From positions 1,689-65,688 of IMG/VR virus record IMGVR_UViG_2765235885_000002: a stretch of 64,000 nucleotides of DNA; one strand, given 5' to 3'. This document shows positions 6,812-16,648 of the stretch, piece by piece. This stretch comes from a virus. Taxonomy: Duplodnaviria > Caudoviricetes. A model generated the notes under the pieces. It was not told the origin of the DNA. It did not search any database and was given only the letters and a program-made list of their open reading frames with translations. Within the stretch, counting starts at the first letter, position 1. Each line of letters starts with the position of its first letter. A program made the translations under genes and the position numbers.

Positions 6812-9352
6812 CTATTCAGGGTCGGGGAGATCTTGGGCCAGGATGTATTCCCAGCCGCCGGAGTTGCCGAAGTCAGCTCGACTCAAGCCCAGCTCGGTGT
6901 ATCGGTACGCCGAACCACGCGGTATTGCGTTCGCCGTGTCGGGGTACGTGAGCACCGACGTCCACGTGTCGGTACCGGTCAGCTTGAACACCGTGAAGAC
7001 GTTGCTCTCGGCGCGGAGCTTGAAGACGTCACCGGAATTGACAGTGAAGTCCTGCGACGCGAGAACGCCGCCGCCCAGCCACGGCCGATATGCCAACGTC
7101 ACACCGGTCGAGCGGACCTCGGCATCGACGTAGCTGCGGACACGGAGGTACGCGGGCCTGGTCGTCGGCGTCCGGATCTGGCCGGACACCTCGTGATCGT
7201 CGCGGGCCATCTTCGCCGTCACCCGGTACCGGCGGCGTCCGTTGTCGATGAGTCCGCCGGGCAACATGATCGCGCCCGACACGACCACTGCAGCCGCGCC
7301 TTCCTGGCGGGAGAGCGTCGGTGGGATCGCGCCCGAGGAGAAGTCCTCGAAATAGATCACTGGTTCGGGCAGCGGCAGATTCGTGGGCTGTCCGATCCCG
7401 ATCCACAACAGCGCCGACGCGGGGGTGAATGTCAGCGACGTTGCGGCGATCGTCGACTGCTCAGCGACGACCGACGACGAGATGATGCGGCTGGCGATCT
7501 GCGGTGGATACAGCAGACCCTCACGTGGGACGGACGCGTTGTTGATCTTGCCGACCAGCTGGCGCTGCGAGTTCGTCGGACCCGGCTGGTGAATGGCCAG
7601 CCACACCGATTCGTTCGCCTCGAATACCAGCTCGTTCGGCAGGTTGTAGATCTGCTCCCCCGGCCCGCTGATCGCTGCCGTCTGGTCGGGTGAGACGTGT
7701 TCGATCAGCACCGCACCATCATCGGGATTCATCCGACCGACCAGGATGTAGATCGGATTCGGCGACGAGCTGGGAATGGTGCCCAGCGCGTAAACCACCG
7801 ACCCACGGCCACCGGTCCACTGCACCCGAACGAACCCTGCCTCTATCGAGTTCTGCGGTGGCAGGTACGTCGGATCCGATCGCGACACAGAGAAGCTGTC
7901 ATTGTGGCTGTGCGGGTCCAGTGTTCGGTCGCCGGTGGTGGAACCTGTAGTTCCGCGCACGTGATCGTGTGTGCTCCACCCACTGCCCGATGTACTCGAC
8001 ACGCCACCCGTCAGACCCGTCACATCTCGATCACGGGAGATTTGGTGGAACGTGCATTCGTGGTTGGTCATGCAATGGTGGTAGGGAACCACCGGCAGAC
8101 CCTTCTGCACACCGACGATCGCGGCCTGCACCGCGTTCACCTGTTGCTGCTGAGCCGCCCCGATCGCCGCTGCGGCCGCTTCGGCTGCGGACGTCGCCGC
8201 CACCGTGGCTGCCGCGGTCGCATCTTCGACGACCGTGACTACAGCGTCCTGCGCTTCCTGCGCCGCCGTCGCCGCACCGTTCGCCGTTTGCACCGCCTGC
8301 GCGATCGCGGACTGGTTGGCGTTGCTGACCGCGAACGCGGCGAGTCCGCCGGACCACTGCGGCACGGCGAGAATCGCAGTCCAGCACTGCACCGAGAAAC
8401 CGGACGTCACGTGCGCCATGTCGATCGGGTATCCCGAGGTATCGGTGTGCTCGAGCACGACCACGTCGTCGATCACGACCTGATACTTCGTGCCGACCAT
8501 CCGGAGCTTCGGTGTCGAGGAGTTCGAGTACGAGCGGGAATTGTTGATGTTCCACTGCGTCCGGGTCATCGACAGACCCGATCGCGTGAACCGACCGATG
8601 CGGCAACGGTTCCCGAAGAAGTCAACGTAGACACCCTCGGTCATGTCCGCGTTGCACCGGCCGTACAGACTGGTGGCCGGCTGAGTAGGTGTGCCCTTCG
8701 GATGGATGACCACGCCGACGGTGTAATCGCTCGACGTCGCCAGGAATGGGCACCGCGCGTAGCGGATGCCGTCGTCCGGGAATGCCGATCGGGTCATCTG
8801 CGCGGCCTGGTCGTGGATGCCGAGTGCTTCGCCGTCGCCGAACTGCACCCACGCCGGAATCGTTCCTGGTTCAGGGGAACCCAGGACCGAGTCGTTGTCG
8901 CCGCGCTTGAAGTTGTCGTAGTACTCCGACCCCGCGGCGAGCTTGTTCTCGATCGCCTGCACCCGCGACGCCAACGATGCATCACGCCCGAACAGCAGCG
9001 ACACCCACGACCCGAGGTCGGTGTAGTCACCGTCCTCGACACCGGTGATCGCCTCGACGAAATCACCGACGATCGGGACGCCCTCGACGAACTGCGTCAG
9101 CCCGTCCATCGTTCCGCCGCCGAGGATGTCGAGGATGCCCTGCGGCTTCGACACCGAACCGGCGGTACCCTCGAAGATCGCTGCGAACACGAGGTCAGCG
9201 GCTTCCTGTGTGGACTTGATGTCGCCGCGGTTACCGTATGCGTCGAGGGCTTCACCGGAGGAGTAGAACGTCGGAAGGTTCTGCTCGTACCGGTCTGACG
9301 GGTACTGCTCGTAGCTTTCGTGATCACCCCACGGATCGACGTCGAGCGACAT
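6812..9352 (-). CDS. Minor tail protein (846 aa)
   Basis: Large beta-rich ORF in tail operon with central Ala-rich coiled coil. Confidence 0.8.
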   Translation of the reverse strand: MSLDVDPWGDHESYEQYPSDRYEQNLPTFYSSGEALDAYGNRGDIKSTQEAADLVFAAIFEGTAGSVSKPQGILDILGGGTMDGLTQFVEGVPIVGDFVEAITGVEDGDYTDLGSWVSLLFGRDASLASRVQAIENKLAAGSEYYDNFKRGDNDSVLGSPEPGTIPAWVQFGDGEALGIHDQAAQMTRSAFPDDGIRYARCPFLATSSDYTVGVVIHPKGTPTQPATSLYGRCNADMTEGVYVDFFGNRCRIGRFTRSGLSMTRTQWNINNSRSYSNSSTPKLRMVGTKYQVVIDDVVVLEHTDTSGYPIDMAHVTSGFSVQCWTAILAVPQWSGGLAAFAVSNANQSAIAQAVQTANGAATAAQEAQDAVVTVVEDATAAATVAATSAAEAAAAAIGAAQQQQVNAVQAAIVGVQKGLPVVPYHHCMTNHECTFHQISRDRDVTGLTGGVSSTSGSGWSTHDHVRGTTGSTTGDRTLDPHSHNDSFSVSRSDPTYLPPQNSIEAGFVRVQWTGGRGSVVYALGTIPSSSPNPIYILVGRMNPDDGAVLIEHVSPDQTAAISGPGEQIYNLPNELVFEANESVWLAIHQPGPTNSQRQLVGKINNASVPREGLLYPPQIASRIISSSVVAEQSTIAATSLTFTPASALLWIGIGQPTNLPLPEPVIYFEDFSSGAIPPTLSRQEGAAAVVVSGAIMLPGGLIDNGRRRYRVTAKMARDDHEVSGQIRTPTTRPAYLRVRSYVDAEVRSTGVTLAYRPWLGGGVLASQDFTVNSGDVFKLRAESNVFTVFKLTGTDTWTSVLTYPDTANAIPRGSAYRYTELGLSRADFGNSGGWEYILAQDLPDPE

Positions 9353-10410
9353 TACGTCACCCGAGTCAGACGAATCCGCAGCTGCGCGAGATCCGGTCGG
9401 ACACCCCAGCCGAGCAAGTTACCGACCTTCTTCACTGCGGTCACGAATAGCACAGTTTCGGTGTTCGCAGGAACCACCCCTTCGGTCGAACCAGGCTGAA
9501 TCGCGACATTGGAGTGCGCGCGCAGAGCTACCTCACGCCAGCCCTCACCGTCCTGGCCCTTGCCGTAGCCGACGATCGCACCAGTGGTGGCGTTGTCTCT
9601 GCGGATCTCGATGTCGATCTGATGACCGGACTTCGCCTGCACATCGACACCACCGGCAAAGTCGAACCGATACGCATACGTTTTCGCAGGGATGGTGATC
9701 GAGATCAGCTGCGCGCGAGTGTCAGTCGACGCCTTCGTGAACGCGGCAGGGAAACCATTCGGCGGAACCACGTACTCTTCGATCGCCGTCGGCGGGTTGT
9801 ACCAGTGCAGCTTGTTGTCCGCAGTCTCGTGACGCAGCGACTGCCCCTCTGCCGGCGTACCGACGACATCGACCGAGGTGTAGATCGGGCCCGACGGACC
9901 CGGAATTCCCGGCTCGCCCTGCGGCGGTTCGGGCAGATCGAGATGGATCGCGTATGGACCACCGACGGGCCCGGCGATCTCCATCACCGCGTCACCCTCG
10001 ACGACACCGTCGTAGCTCACCGAACCCGGCTGCAGAACCGGTGCCGGTCCCGGCACGCCCTGCGCCCCGTACGCGTTCTGGTAGACCACAAATGTCGACC
10101 CGTCCCACACATACTGAGAGTTGTTGTCCACGTTGCGGTACGACCAGTTCAGCTGGTCCTCACCAAGCGACGACTGCAACGAGACCAGTTGCGAGGTAGA
10201 CCTGTCGCCCTTGTGGATAGCGCCAGGGATTCCTGCCGGACCGGGCCCACCCTGATACGCGGGCAGACCGAGCTTCGCCTGCTGCGCGGAACCGTCCTGA
10301 CGGCGACGGACATGGAGATAGGTGTCCGTCATCGGGGGCATACCTGCGGCCTGCGGGATGCCGATGATCTCAAGATCGACGTTGATAGTCTCGATCGGGT
10401 CAGTCGCCAT
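9352..10410 (-). CDS. Minor tail protein with short collagen-like GxY runs
   Basis: GPAGIPG, GEPGIPGPSG; synteny. Confidence 0.75.
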   Translation of the reverse strand: MATDPIETINVDLEIIGIPQAAGMPPMTDTYLHVRRRQDGSAQQAKLGLPAYQGGPGPAGIPGAIHKGDRSTSQLVSLQSSLGEDQLNWSYRNVDNNSQYVWDGSTFVVYQNAYGAQGVPGPAPVLQPGSVSYDGVVEGDAVMEIAGPVGGPYAIHLDLPEPPQGEPGIPGPSGPIYTSVDVVGTPAEGQSLRHETADNKLHWYNPPTAIEEYVVPPNGFPAAFTKASTDTRAQLISITIPAKTYAYRFDFAGGVDVQAKSGHQIDIEIRRDNATTGAIVGYGKGQDGEGWREVALRAHSNVAIQPGSTEGVVPANTETVLFVTAVKKVGNLLGWGVRPDLAQLRIRLTRVT

Positions 10411-10786
10411 CGGAGTCCCCCTTCACACGCGCGTGAGCGCGAACCTTTTCTTTCAGCGACCGCCACGCCATGTCGCGGGTTTCCTCGAGCGCGACGATGC
10501 CGGTCGCGCGGTGCATCAGCCGGAACGCCTCGTCAGCGCCGATGGTGCGGATCTCGACCTCACCGAAGTCGGGTGTGTTCTCGACGTCCTGCCGCGAGAC
10601 CCACTCCCCCTGGTCGTAGACCACATTTGCCTGCCAGTTCAGGATGGACTGGGCCAGAACGTTCGTGACACCGTTCTGCCCGCCGGGCAAATTGGCTACG
10701 GTCCCGTTCGACAGCGGGGCCGCCTCGAGGAACTTCCCGAGATCGATGACGGCGGGATCGGTCACCTTGTACTTCGGTTCCGGCAT
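10400..10786 (-). CDS. Small tail-region protein (possibly DUF2744-like)
   Basis: AAGGA RBS; synteny ahead of minor tail genes. Confidence 0.55.
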   Translation of the reverse strand: MPEPKYKVTDPAVIDLGKFLEAAPLSNGTVANLPGGQNGVTNVLAQSILNWQANVVYDQGEWVSRQDVENTPDFGEVEIRTIGADEAFRLMHRATGIVALEETRDMAWRSLKEKVRAHARVKGDSDGD

Positions 10787-10816
10787 GCCATTTCCTTACG
10801 TGTGATCGGGTGGAGG

Positions 10817-11152
10817 TCAGAACCGTGGTCGAATCGGCGGCGGCGGCAAAATTGGGCCGCCGGCATCTCGACATGTCTGGACCACGACAAGTTCCCAATC
10901 GACCTGTAGGTCGATGAACTCTTCCATCCGCTTGACCGTGGCAACGAGGTCGTTGACCTGATCCTTGTACGGGGATATCAAAGTTAGGGCGGCGGCGGAA
11001 AGCGTTGCCGCTCCGGATGCTTCACTGTTGCCCGCGTCCGCGTTGACCTTCCTCTTCTGCGAGGAGATCATCCACAACTGCGCAGCGAGTACCGCCACTG
11101 CGAGTGGGGTGATGACCGAGAAGACTTTCAGGACAGTGTCGAGCCATGTCAT
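10817..11152 (-). CDS. Membrane protein (1 TM + coiled coil) of lysis cassette
   Basis: N-terminal hydrophobic helix; ATGA coupling. Confidence 0.7.
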   Translation of the reverse strand: MTWLDTVLKVFSVITPLAVAVLAAQLWMISSQKRKVNADAGNSEASGAATLSAAALTLISPYKDQVNDLVATVKRMEEFIDLQVDWELVVVQTCRDAGGPILPPPPIRPRF

Positions 11153-11625
11153 CGATCGCCCTCACCCTCTGCCAATGCCGGCGGATCAGCGGGACGCGGA
11201 ATCATCAAAGCCCGGGTCATACGTCGCCGATCTTGCACAATGTTCCAAATTCGCAGACCGGACGCGGCAGTGACCGCCACTCCGACGCTTCCCGCGGTCA
11301 TCGCCCGCGTTCCCAACGCAAACGCCGCGATTCCATAGCCGAACCACAAGACCCCGATGATTGCCAGAGATGTGATCTCCGCTGAGGTTTCTTGGCGGAT
11401 CTGCTCTGGTGTCCGTGATCGGCTCGAGTTCCATGTAGCAATCAACCCGCCGAGCCCACCGACTCCCATGATGGCGAAGTAGAAGTTCGATCCGGTGGGC
11501 CATGCGGTGTCGAGCGCAGACGAGATCTCGAACGGTGTTGCGACCGCAAGGATCCCGATCCAAGTGGAGAGCGCGAAGGCAACCTTCTCGAAGGAGCCTG
11601 CTCTACGAACGACGAGTGGTTGCAT
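11149..11625 (-). CDS. Four-TM membrane protein of lysis cassette
   Basis: Four hydrophobic segments; GAAGGGGAG RBS before ATG 11625. Confidence 0.75.
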   Translation of the reverse strand: MQPLVVRRAGSFEKVAFALSTWIGILAVATPFEISSALDTAWPTGSNFYFAIMGVGGLGGLIATWNSSRSRTPEQIRQETSAEITSLAIIGVLWFGYGIAAFALGTRAMTAGSVGVAVTAASGLRIWNIVQDRRRMTRALMIPRPADPPALAEGEGDR

Positions 11626-12082
11626 CTGCTCCCCTTCGGTCGCGGAGATGAAGCAGTGCTGACGCCCGGTTGTGAAGTGCAAGCAGTGCGAACGCGAGAC
11701 GGCCACGGCTGTTCGCCGCGGCGGCCAGGATATGAATCCAGGACACCCAGGTGTAGACGACGATGCCGGTCAGGCCCGCTGTTTCGAGTTGCCGAGCAGC
11801 ATCGAGGACGGCGATCGCGAACAGGGCATACCCCGTTGCCGCCGCCATGTAGGCGTGAAACAAAACGCGAGCCGAAAACTTCGACGCTGCAAGCAATACG
11901 ACGGCGACCATCAGGAAACCAATGCCCCAGATGACTTCGCCACCGAACTGGCGGAGTGTCGCGTACGACGGACCCGCGATGCGATCAGGCCCTCCGATGA
12001 TGAACGCGGCTCCGAGGAAGAATGCGAGAACGGCGGCGCGGAACGGTGGCAGATACACGTCCGCTTCGCCCTGCCCCGGCAC
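11603..12082 (-). CDS. Four-TM membrane protein of lysis cassette
   Basis: Four hydrophobic segments; GTG start overlapping holin TAG. Confidence 0.7.
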   Translation of the reverse strand: MPGQGEADVYLPPFRAAVLAFFLGAAFIIGGPDRIAGPSYATLRQFGGEVIWGIGFLMVAVVLLAASKFSARVLFHAYMAAATGYALFAIAVLDAARQLETAGLTGIVVYTWVSWIHILAAAANSRGRLAFALLALHNRASALLHLRDRRGADATTRRS

Positions 12083-12567
12083 TACTGCACCTTCGGTGGC
12101 TTGATGCCGAACGAGTTCTGGACGTACGACACAAGACCCGTCAGCACAGCGGTGCCGGCGAGCGCCCCGACGACCTTCCAGTCGTCCCAAGAGAATGCGT
12201 TGAAGTCAGGGTTGGCGATCGACTGGGTCACGACGTTGCCAGCTGCCACCAGGACGACAGCGAACAGCCCTTGGAGGAGTGTTCGCCAGGCGCGCGACTT
12301 GGCCTGGGACTTGATCCACCCGATCGGATCGAAATCGCCGTCCTCGGTGATGACTGCCGCAACCGGGATGTTTGCGAATAGCTCGTTCATCCTGCGCTGC
12401 CCCTCGGCTTCGAGCCGATTGAACAGTTCATCGGCACGCGTCTGGGCGGACACCACCTCCGCGTTGAACTGGGAGACAGCACCTTCGAATCGAGCAGTGA
12501 GATCGGCGGTCACCTTGCTGGTAATCTCTCGGGTGAGGATGCCAATGGCTGTGTTGTCGGCCATCAC
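12082..12567 (-). CDS. Holin
   Basis: Directly after endolysin; RAWRTLLQG followed by two TM helices. Confidence 0.75.
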   Translation of the reverse strand: MMADNTAIGILTREITSKVTADLTARFEGAVSQFNAEVVSAQTRADELFNRLEAEGQRRMNELFANIPVAAVITEDGDFDPIGWIKSQAKSRAWRTLLQGLFAVVLVAAGNVVTQSIANPDFNAFSWDDWKVVGALAGTAVLTGLVSYVQNSFGIKPPKVQ

Positions 12568-13376
12568 TTGTCCTCCGGCTTGGTCCCGATCTTGGCTTCG
12601 ATACGGGCAAGGGACTTCTCGATGCGGTCGTTCTGTGCGATCGCGAAGTTCTCCTGCTGGATGATCCGCCCGAGCGCATTCACGATCGAGCGCTTATCGA
12701 TTCCGGTGATCTCAGCGTCGCCGAGCTGGGGCCATCCCCGCTTACCGTCTGGGCCAACCGGGCCCATCAGCTGGTCGAAAACCTCTGCTGCATTGGACAT
12801 GTCATCCTCCTGCGGTAGTAGCGCGTCGCCGAGTGCGAGTGCGCGGTAGTAGAACTTGCGACGGTCGTCGATGCCGTTCTGGCCGCCGTTGACGGCGTAG
12901 GTGGCACCGACCAGGTCTTGCCGATCGGCGAAGTCATTCATGCGGCGAGAGACCGTCCAGTAGAACGCCGCTGCGAGGAATCCCCAGTGCGGCTCTGCGA
13001 CCTTGAGCGGGTTCTTTACGAAGTACTCGGGGTCGTCGACCAGACCTTTACTTGCGGCCCACCGCGAGAACGACCGGTAGTTGTTCTTCCCAGTGAGCTG
13101 AATTGGTCCACGGCCCTTGTACAGTCGCCCGTCGCCGTCGACCTGCGGGGTGTTGCCGAGGTCGGTACGGGTGTCGTAGGCATCACCCGATGCAATTTCT
13201 TCCATCCACTTCAGGCCACCGGACTCGTGCCCGATCTGGCTGCACCACATCGTCACTCGCAGAACCGTGGTGCAATCAGCCGCGATCAGAGCGTTGTTCC
13301 ATGCAGGACAGAGTTCCTCGTATCGATCCATCGAGACCCGGTTGTCCATCGCCTTCGCGAGTGTCTGCGCGTCCAT
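12564..13376 (-). CDS. Lysin A, glycoside hydrolase family 19 (chitinase-like) half
   Basis: SQIGHESGG, YKGRGPIQLTGKNNY, AVNGGQNGIDDR motifs; C-terminal GWPQLG domain. Confidence 0.92.
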   Translation of the reverse strand: MDAQTLAKAMDNRVSMDRYEELCPAWNNALIAADCTTVLRVTMWCSQIGHESGGLKWMEEIASGDAYDTRTDLGNTPQVDGDGRLYKGRGPIQLTGKNNYRSFSRWAASKGLVDDPEYFVKNPLKVAEPHWGFLAAAFYWTVSRRMNDFADRQDLVGATYAVNGGQNGIDDRRKFYYRALALGDALLPQEDDMSNAAEVFDQLMGPVGPDGKRGWPQLGDAEITGIDKRSIVNALGRIIQQENFAIAQNDRIEKSLARIEAKIGTKPEDK

Positions 13377-13657
13377 CAGCACGACCTCCAGATGCCGTCG
13401 GTGACGAACCCGTGCATGCCGCAGTCGTCGCACATGATCGATGGATTCACCGTGAGCGGTTCCACCCGAACGATGCTGTGACCGTTGTCGAGCTGCAGGG
13501 CAGGTGCGATTATCAGTGTGTTGCCGTCTCGCGGCCGGGTGCACACGTGACGAACACGCCACGCGCCGTTCGGGTAATGCAGCATTGTGATGCCGCTTCC
13601 CACCTCGACCTCCGTGTCCCACCCCGACTCGACCAGGACGGCCCGAACCGCACTCAT
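13376..13657 (-). CDS. Small Zn-binding protein (DUF6527-like) between the two lysin halves
   Basis: HVC...LTVNPSIMCDDCGMHGFVTDGIW; TGATG-coupled on both sides. Confidence 0.6.
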   Translation of the reverse strand: MSAVRAVLVESGWDTEVEVGSGITMLHYPNGAWRVRHVCTRPRDGNTLIIAPALQLDNGHSIVRVEPLTVNPSIMCDDCGMHGFVTDGIWRSC

Positions 13658-14175
13658 CAGCGCGGACCGGTGAACTGTTCGAGGATCTCGGCCCACTGGG
13701 CGTCGTCGTCCTGTTCCGATGTTTGCTCGCCGGGCCAGAGCGCACCCGCGAGCCACGGCAATGGATCGATCTGCGAGCCGGGTCGCCAGACCGTCGGGTG
13801 CACTTCGAGATGCAAGTGCGGGCCTGTTGCCTGCCCGTTCGCACCGACGAACCCAATGTGCTGGCCCGCGTCCACCCACTGGCCTTGCTTCAAGCCGGTG
13901 GCGAACGCGTTCCACATGTGGCCGTAGACCGTGGTTCCGCTGCCCGCTTCAGCCGGATGGTCGATGACGATCCACTGCCCGAATCCACCGGCGGCACCGA
14001 TGTGCTGGATGACGCCGGCCTGGCAGGCATAGATCTTCCGGCCGTCACTGCCGCCGGGGTAGCCGAAGTCTTGGCCCATGTGCCCTTCGCGACGGCCCGT
14101 CACGGGGTTGACGCGTACGCCGAAAGGTGACTCGTAGGTGACACCTCGTTCGAGCGGATTGAACCTCGCGGCCAT
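13657..14175 (-). CDS. Lysin A, M23 peptidase half
   Basis: HMGQDFG (HxxxD), YGHM, GPHLHLEV (HxH); AAGGAG RBS. Confidence 0.92.
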   Translation of the reverse strand: MAARFNPLERGVTYESPFGVRVNPVTGRREGHMGQDFGYPGGSDGRKIYACQAGVIQHIGAAGGFGQWIVIDHPAEAGSGTTVYGHMWNAFATGLKQGQWVDAGQHIGFVGANGQATGPHLHLEVHPTVWRPGSQIDPLPWLAGALWPGEQTSEQDDDAQWAEILEQFTGPR

Positions 14176-14210
14176 AGCGACTCCTTCGATGACGATTTGA
14201 TAAGTGAGTT

Positions 14211-15797
14211 CTATGCGCCGAGCGCGACGCGGGTCAGCCAACTGCCGATCTTGCGGATTTTTCCGAGGGCCAACTGGCCCGGTTCGCGTTCTGCCTCACC
14301 GGATCCGATCTGTAACGTGAAGCGACCACGCACAGTTCTCGAGTACTCGTAGCTGATCTCGGTGAGCTTCTCGACGCGGATTTTCCCTGAAGGTGTTTCG
14401 TACCCGCAGGGCTTGCCCTTCTTCAGGTCGCGGCCGACGTAATACGGTGCGCCGTTGGACACTTCGACCGACTGCGACACGTAGCCGCGGTGATCGAACA
14501 GGGTCGTCTTCATCGACGCGTACGCGTTCAGCGACAGGCCGGTGACCGACGATTCTCCGAATGCCTCCCGGAATCGCCATGGTCCAGCCTCACGGGCCAG
14601 ACGGAGGTCCTCCTGGGAATGGAACGCCATGACGACGTCCTTGACCTGATCCTCGAAGATTCCGAGCTGCAAAACCGGGAACCCAGGGATGACACTTCCT
14701 GCGGCAGAGGAGATTACGCCCAACAAAAGGTTAGCGCCGGTAACAATCGCTTGATTTAGCCAGTCAGGAGATTTTCCACCTACAGTCGCCCTCGTGGCGA
14801 GGGGAATGTGGGTGACCTCTTCGCCGTGATCGATCGTCGAATGCTGACCGTTCCGATAGACCGGGATTCCCTCGAGCTCAGGATCGGGATCGTTCGGGTT
14901 CAGGATCGGGTACGTGATCCACTCGATTGCGTCCTTCGCCATCGCAATGCCGGTGCGGATCAAACCGCCGACAGCGTTGCCCTCGAACGCAAGTGGATCA
15001 CCCATCGGCTCGAAGTCGACGACCATCGTCGGACGAGTCAGAGTGACGAACTCGGGGAACGGTTGCGGATGCTCGCCCGGGTTGAACCACGTCATCGTCA
15101 TTTCGAGGTTCTCGGTCTTGCACACGTCCTGCGCGAAGTCCATGAACTTGTCCATTCGCGCGACACCCGCGGTCCACGGTGTGCCGTCGAACAGTCCCTT
15201 CTTGCGAGGGTTGACCATCAGTGGCCACATCGCGTTGCGGAACAGGTTGTACGTCTGCGGGTCGAGAAGATCACCCGAAGGGATCGACCAGAGGGGTGCC
15301 TGTAGCCGAATCAGGTTCGGCGTCAGGGCCATCGACAACAGGGTTGCCGCCGGTGCGAAACCGCTCCACTCCTTCGGCCACTGGAACTCCGGGGGGAACC
15401 AAGCGTTGGGAAAAATCCGTACCCAGTTCAAAAATTCCAGTGGTGATACGGCGACGATCTGGATGAACTTCTTGCGGGTACGGCGGTCCTGGACCCGCGC
15501 GAAAGTAGTTGTGAACCAGACTGTCTGATAGCCGGGCAGGTCGACGACGATCGGGCGGACCGCATACTGCGACTGCCCGTAGAAATACTCCTCCCAGACC
15601 TCGTTGTCCGGCACCGTCATCGTCAGCGATCCCGGGACGTTCGATTTGTCGTTGAACTTGATCTCGCGGAAGTCGCCACATCGCGCGAACAGCTCCATGT
15701 ACTTGGACATGAATCGGATTCCTGGCTTCGGGTTTCCGTATAACTCTTTGTCCTCGTCGGCCTCGGATTGGAACTGTGCGTAAGCCTCGCGGCTCAC
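14211..15797 (-). CDS. Minor tail protein (baseplate hub type)
   Basis: Second gene after tape measure; 528 aa. Confidence 0.8.
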   Translation of the reverse strand: MSREAYAQFQSEADEDKELYGNPKPGIRFMSKYMELFARCGDFREIKFNDKSNVPGSLTMTVPDNEVWEEYFYGQSQYAVRPIVVDLPGYQTVWFTTTFARVQDRRTRKKFIQIVAVSPLEFLNWVRIFPNAWFPPEFQWPKEWSGFAPAATLLSMALTPNLIRLQAPLWSIPSGDLLDPQTYNLFRNAMWPLMVNPRKKGLFDGTPWTAGVARMDKFMDFAQDVCKTENLEMTMTWFNPGEHPQPFPEFVTLTRPTMVVDFEPMGDPLAFEGNAVGGLIRTGIAMAKDAIEWITYPILNPNDPDPELEGIPVYRNGQHSTIDHGEEVTHIPLATRATVGGKSPDWLNQAIVTGANLLLGVISSAAGSVIPGFPVLQLGIFEDQVKDVVMAFHSQEDLRLAREAGPWRFREAFGESSVTGLSLNAYASMKTTLFDHRGYVSQSVEVSNGAPYYVGRDLKKGKPCGYETPSGKIRVEKLTEISYEYSRTVRGRFTLQIGSGEAEREPGQLALGKIRKIGSWLTRVALGA

Positions 15798-16648
15798 AGC
15801 AATCCCTCATGACGCTGCGGGACCGTCGCCCACAATTTCGTATGAGTCGATGCACCCGTGACCTGGAATCGGATACGTGAGACCACGCCTCTCGGAATGG
15901 GATTCGGGAAGTGTTGTGCCTTCATCAGCCCCCACAGATTCCGCCCACGATCGGCTGACATGGATGCACGTTCACGGATCGTTTGGACGCGCTCGTCGGT
16001 GTCGATGAAGATTTCGCGGCCGGCGGCCAGGGTCACGGGAATGGTGACGTCCATGCCCTCGTACATCAGGCGGAGGCGACCGGGCCCGGTGAACACGAAC
16101 TTCGGCCAACCCGGCGCTTCAGGACCTGGATAGAGGTAGAGCACCCCGGATCCTGCACCGGTCTTGTTCTGCCATTCGTCCTCGTCGTCCTTGGTTCGCG
16201 AGTGCGGCTTGTCGGCGATGAACACCGTGTCGTATGTTGCTCCTCGCGCCAACGCCGGATCGGAACCGAACGCGGGCTTGAACGACCCCCGCCGGGTGGC
16301 GAGCATCCGCCACCCGGTCGACTCCGTGAACGCGCACAGCCAGCCCTGACGGTCACGCGGAATCAGCGCCTTGAGGAACTCCTTTCGGCGCTGGAAGTCC
16401 GCGTTCGACTCCCCGAGGATGTGAATTGGGATGTCGAGTTCGGCATGATCCACGACACCACCGACATAGTCCTCACCCTCATCAAGGGCACCCGAATCGA
16501 ACAATGAGTCGACATCGATGTGGCCGAGACCGTCCGGGCCGTTGCCGATCCAGAATCCCGGCTCGCCGATGACACCGTGACCCGACAGCGGGATCACGAT
16601 GCCACCGGGCGAGACGTAATGGATGATCGACTTGCTCGGGCCGATCAT
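15794..16648 (-). CDS. Distal tail (Dit-like) minor tail protein
   Basis: ATGA overlap with tape measure stop. Confidence 0.8.
   Translation of the reverse strand: MIGPSKSIIHYVSPGGIVIPLSGHGVIGEPGFWIGNGPDGLGHIDVDSLFDSGALDEGEDYVGGVVDHAELDIPIHILGESNADFQRRKEFLKALIPRDRQGWLCAFTESTGWRMLATRRGSFKPAFGSDPALARGATYDTVFIADKPHSRTKDDEDEWQNKTGAGSGVLYLYPGPEAPGWPKFVFTGPGRLRLMYEGMDVTIPVTLAAGREIFIDTDERVQTIRERASMSADRGRNLWGLMKAQHFPNPIPRGVVSRIRFQVTGASTHTKLWATVPQRHEGLL

Noticed and set aside
7697-9298. 533-aa plus-strand ORF (also 17155-18708 and other long plus-strand ORFs over the late operon)
   Set aside because: Antisense shadows of GC3-biased minus-strand genes; Arg/His-rich nonsense composition and no RBS
4978-10410. 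Possible diversity-generating retroelement acting on tail genes
   Set aside because: No reverse transcriptase ORF and no template/variable repeat pair seen in the window
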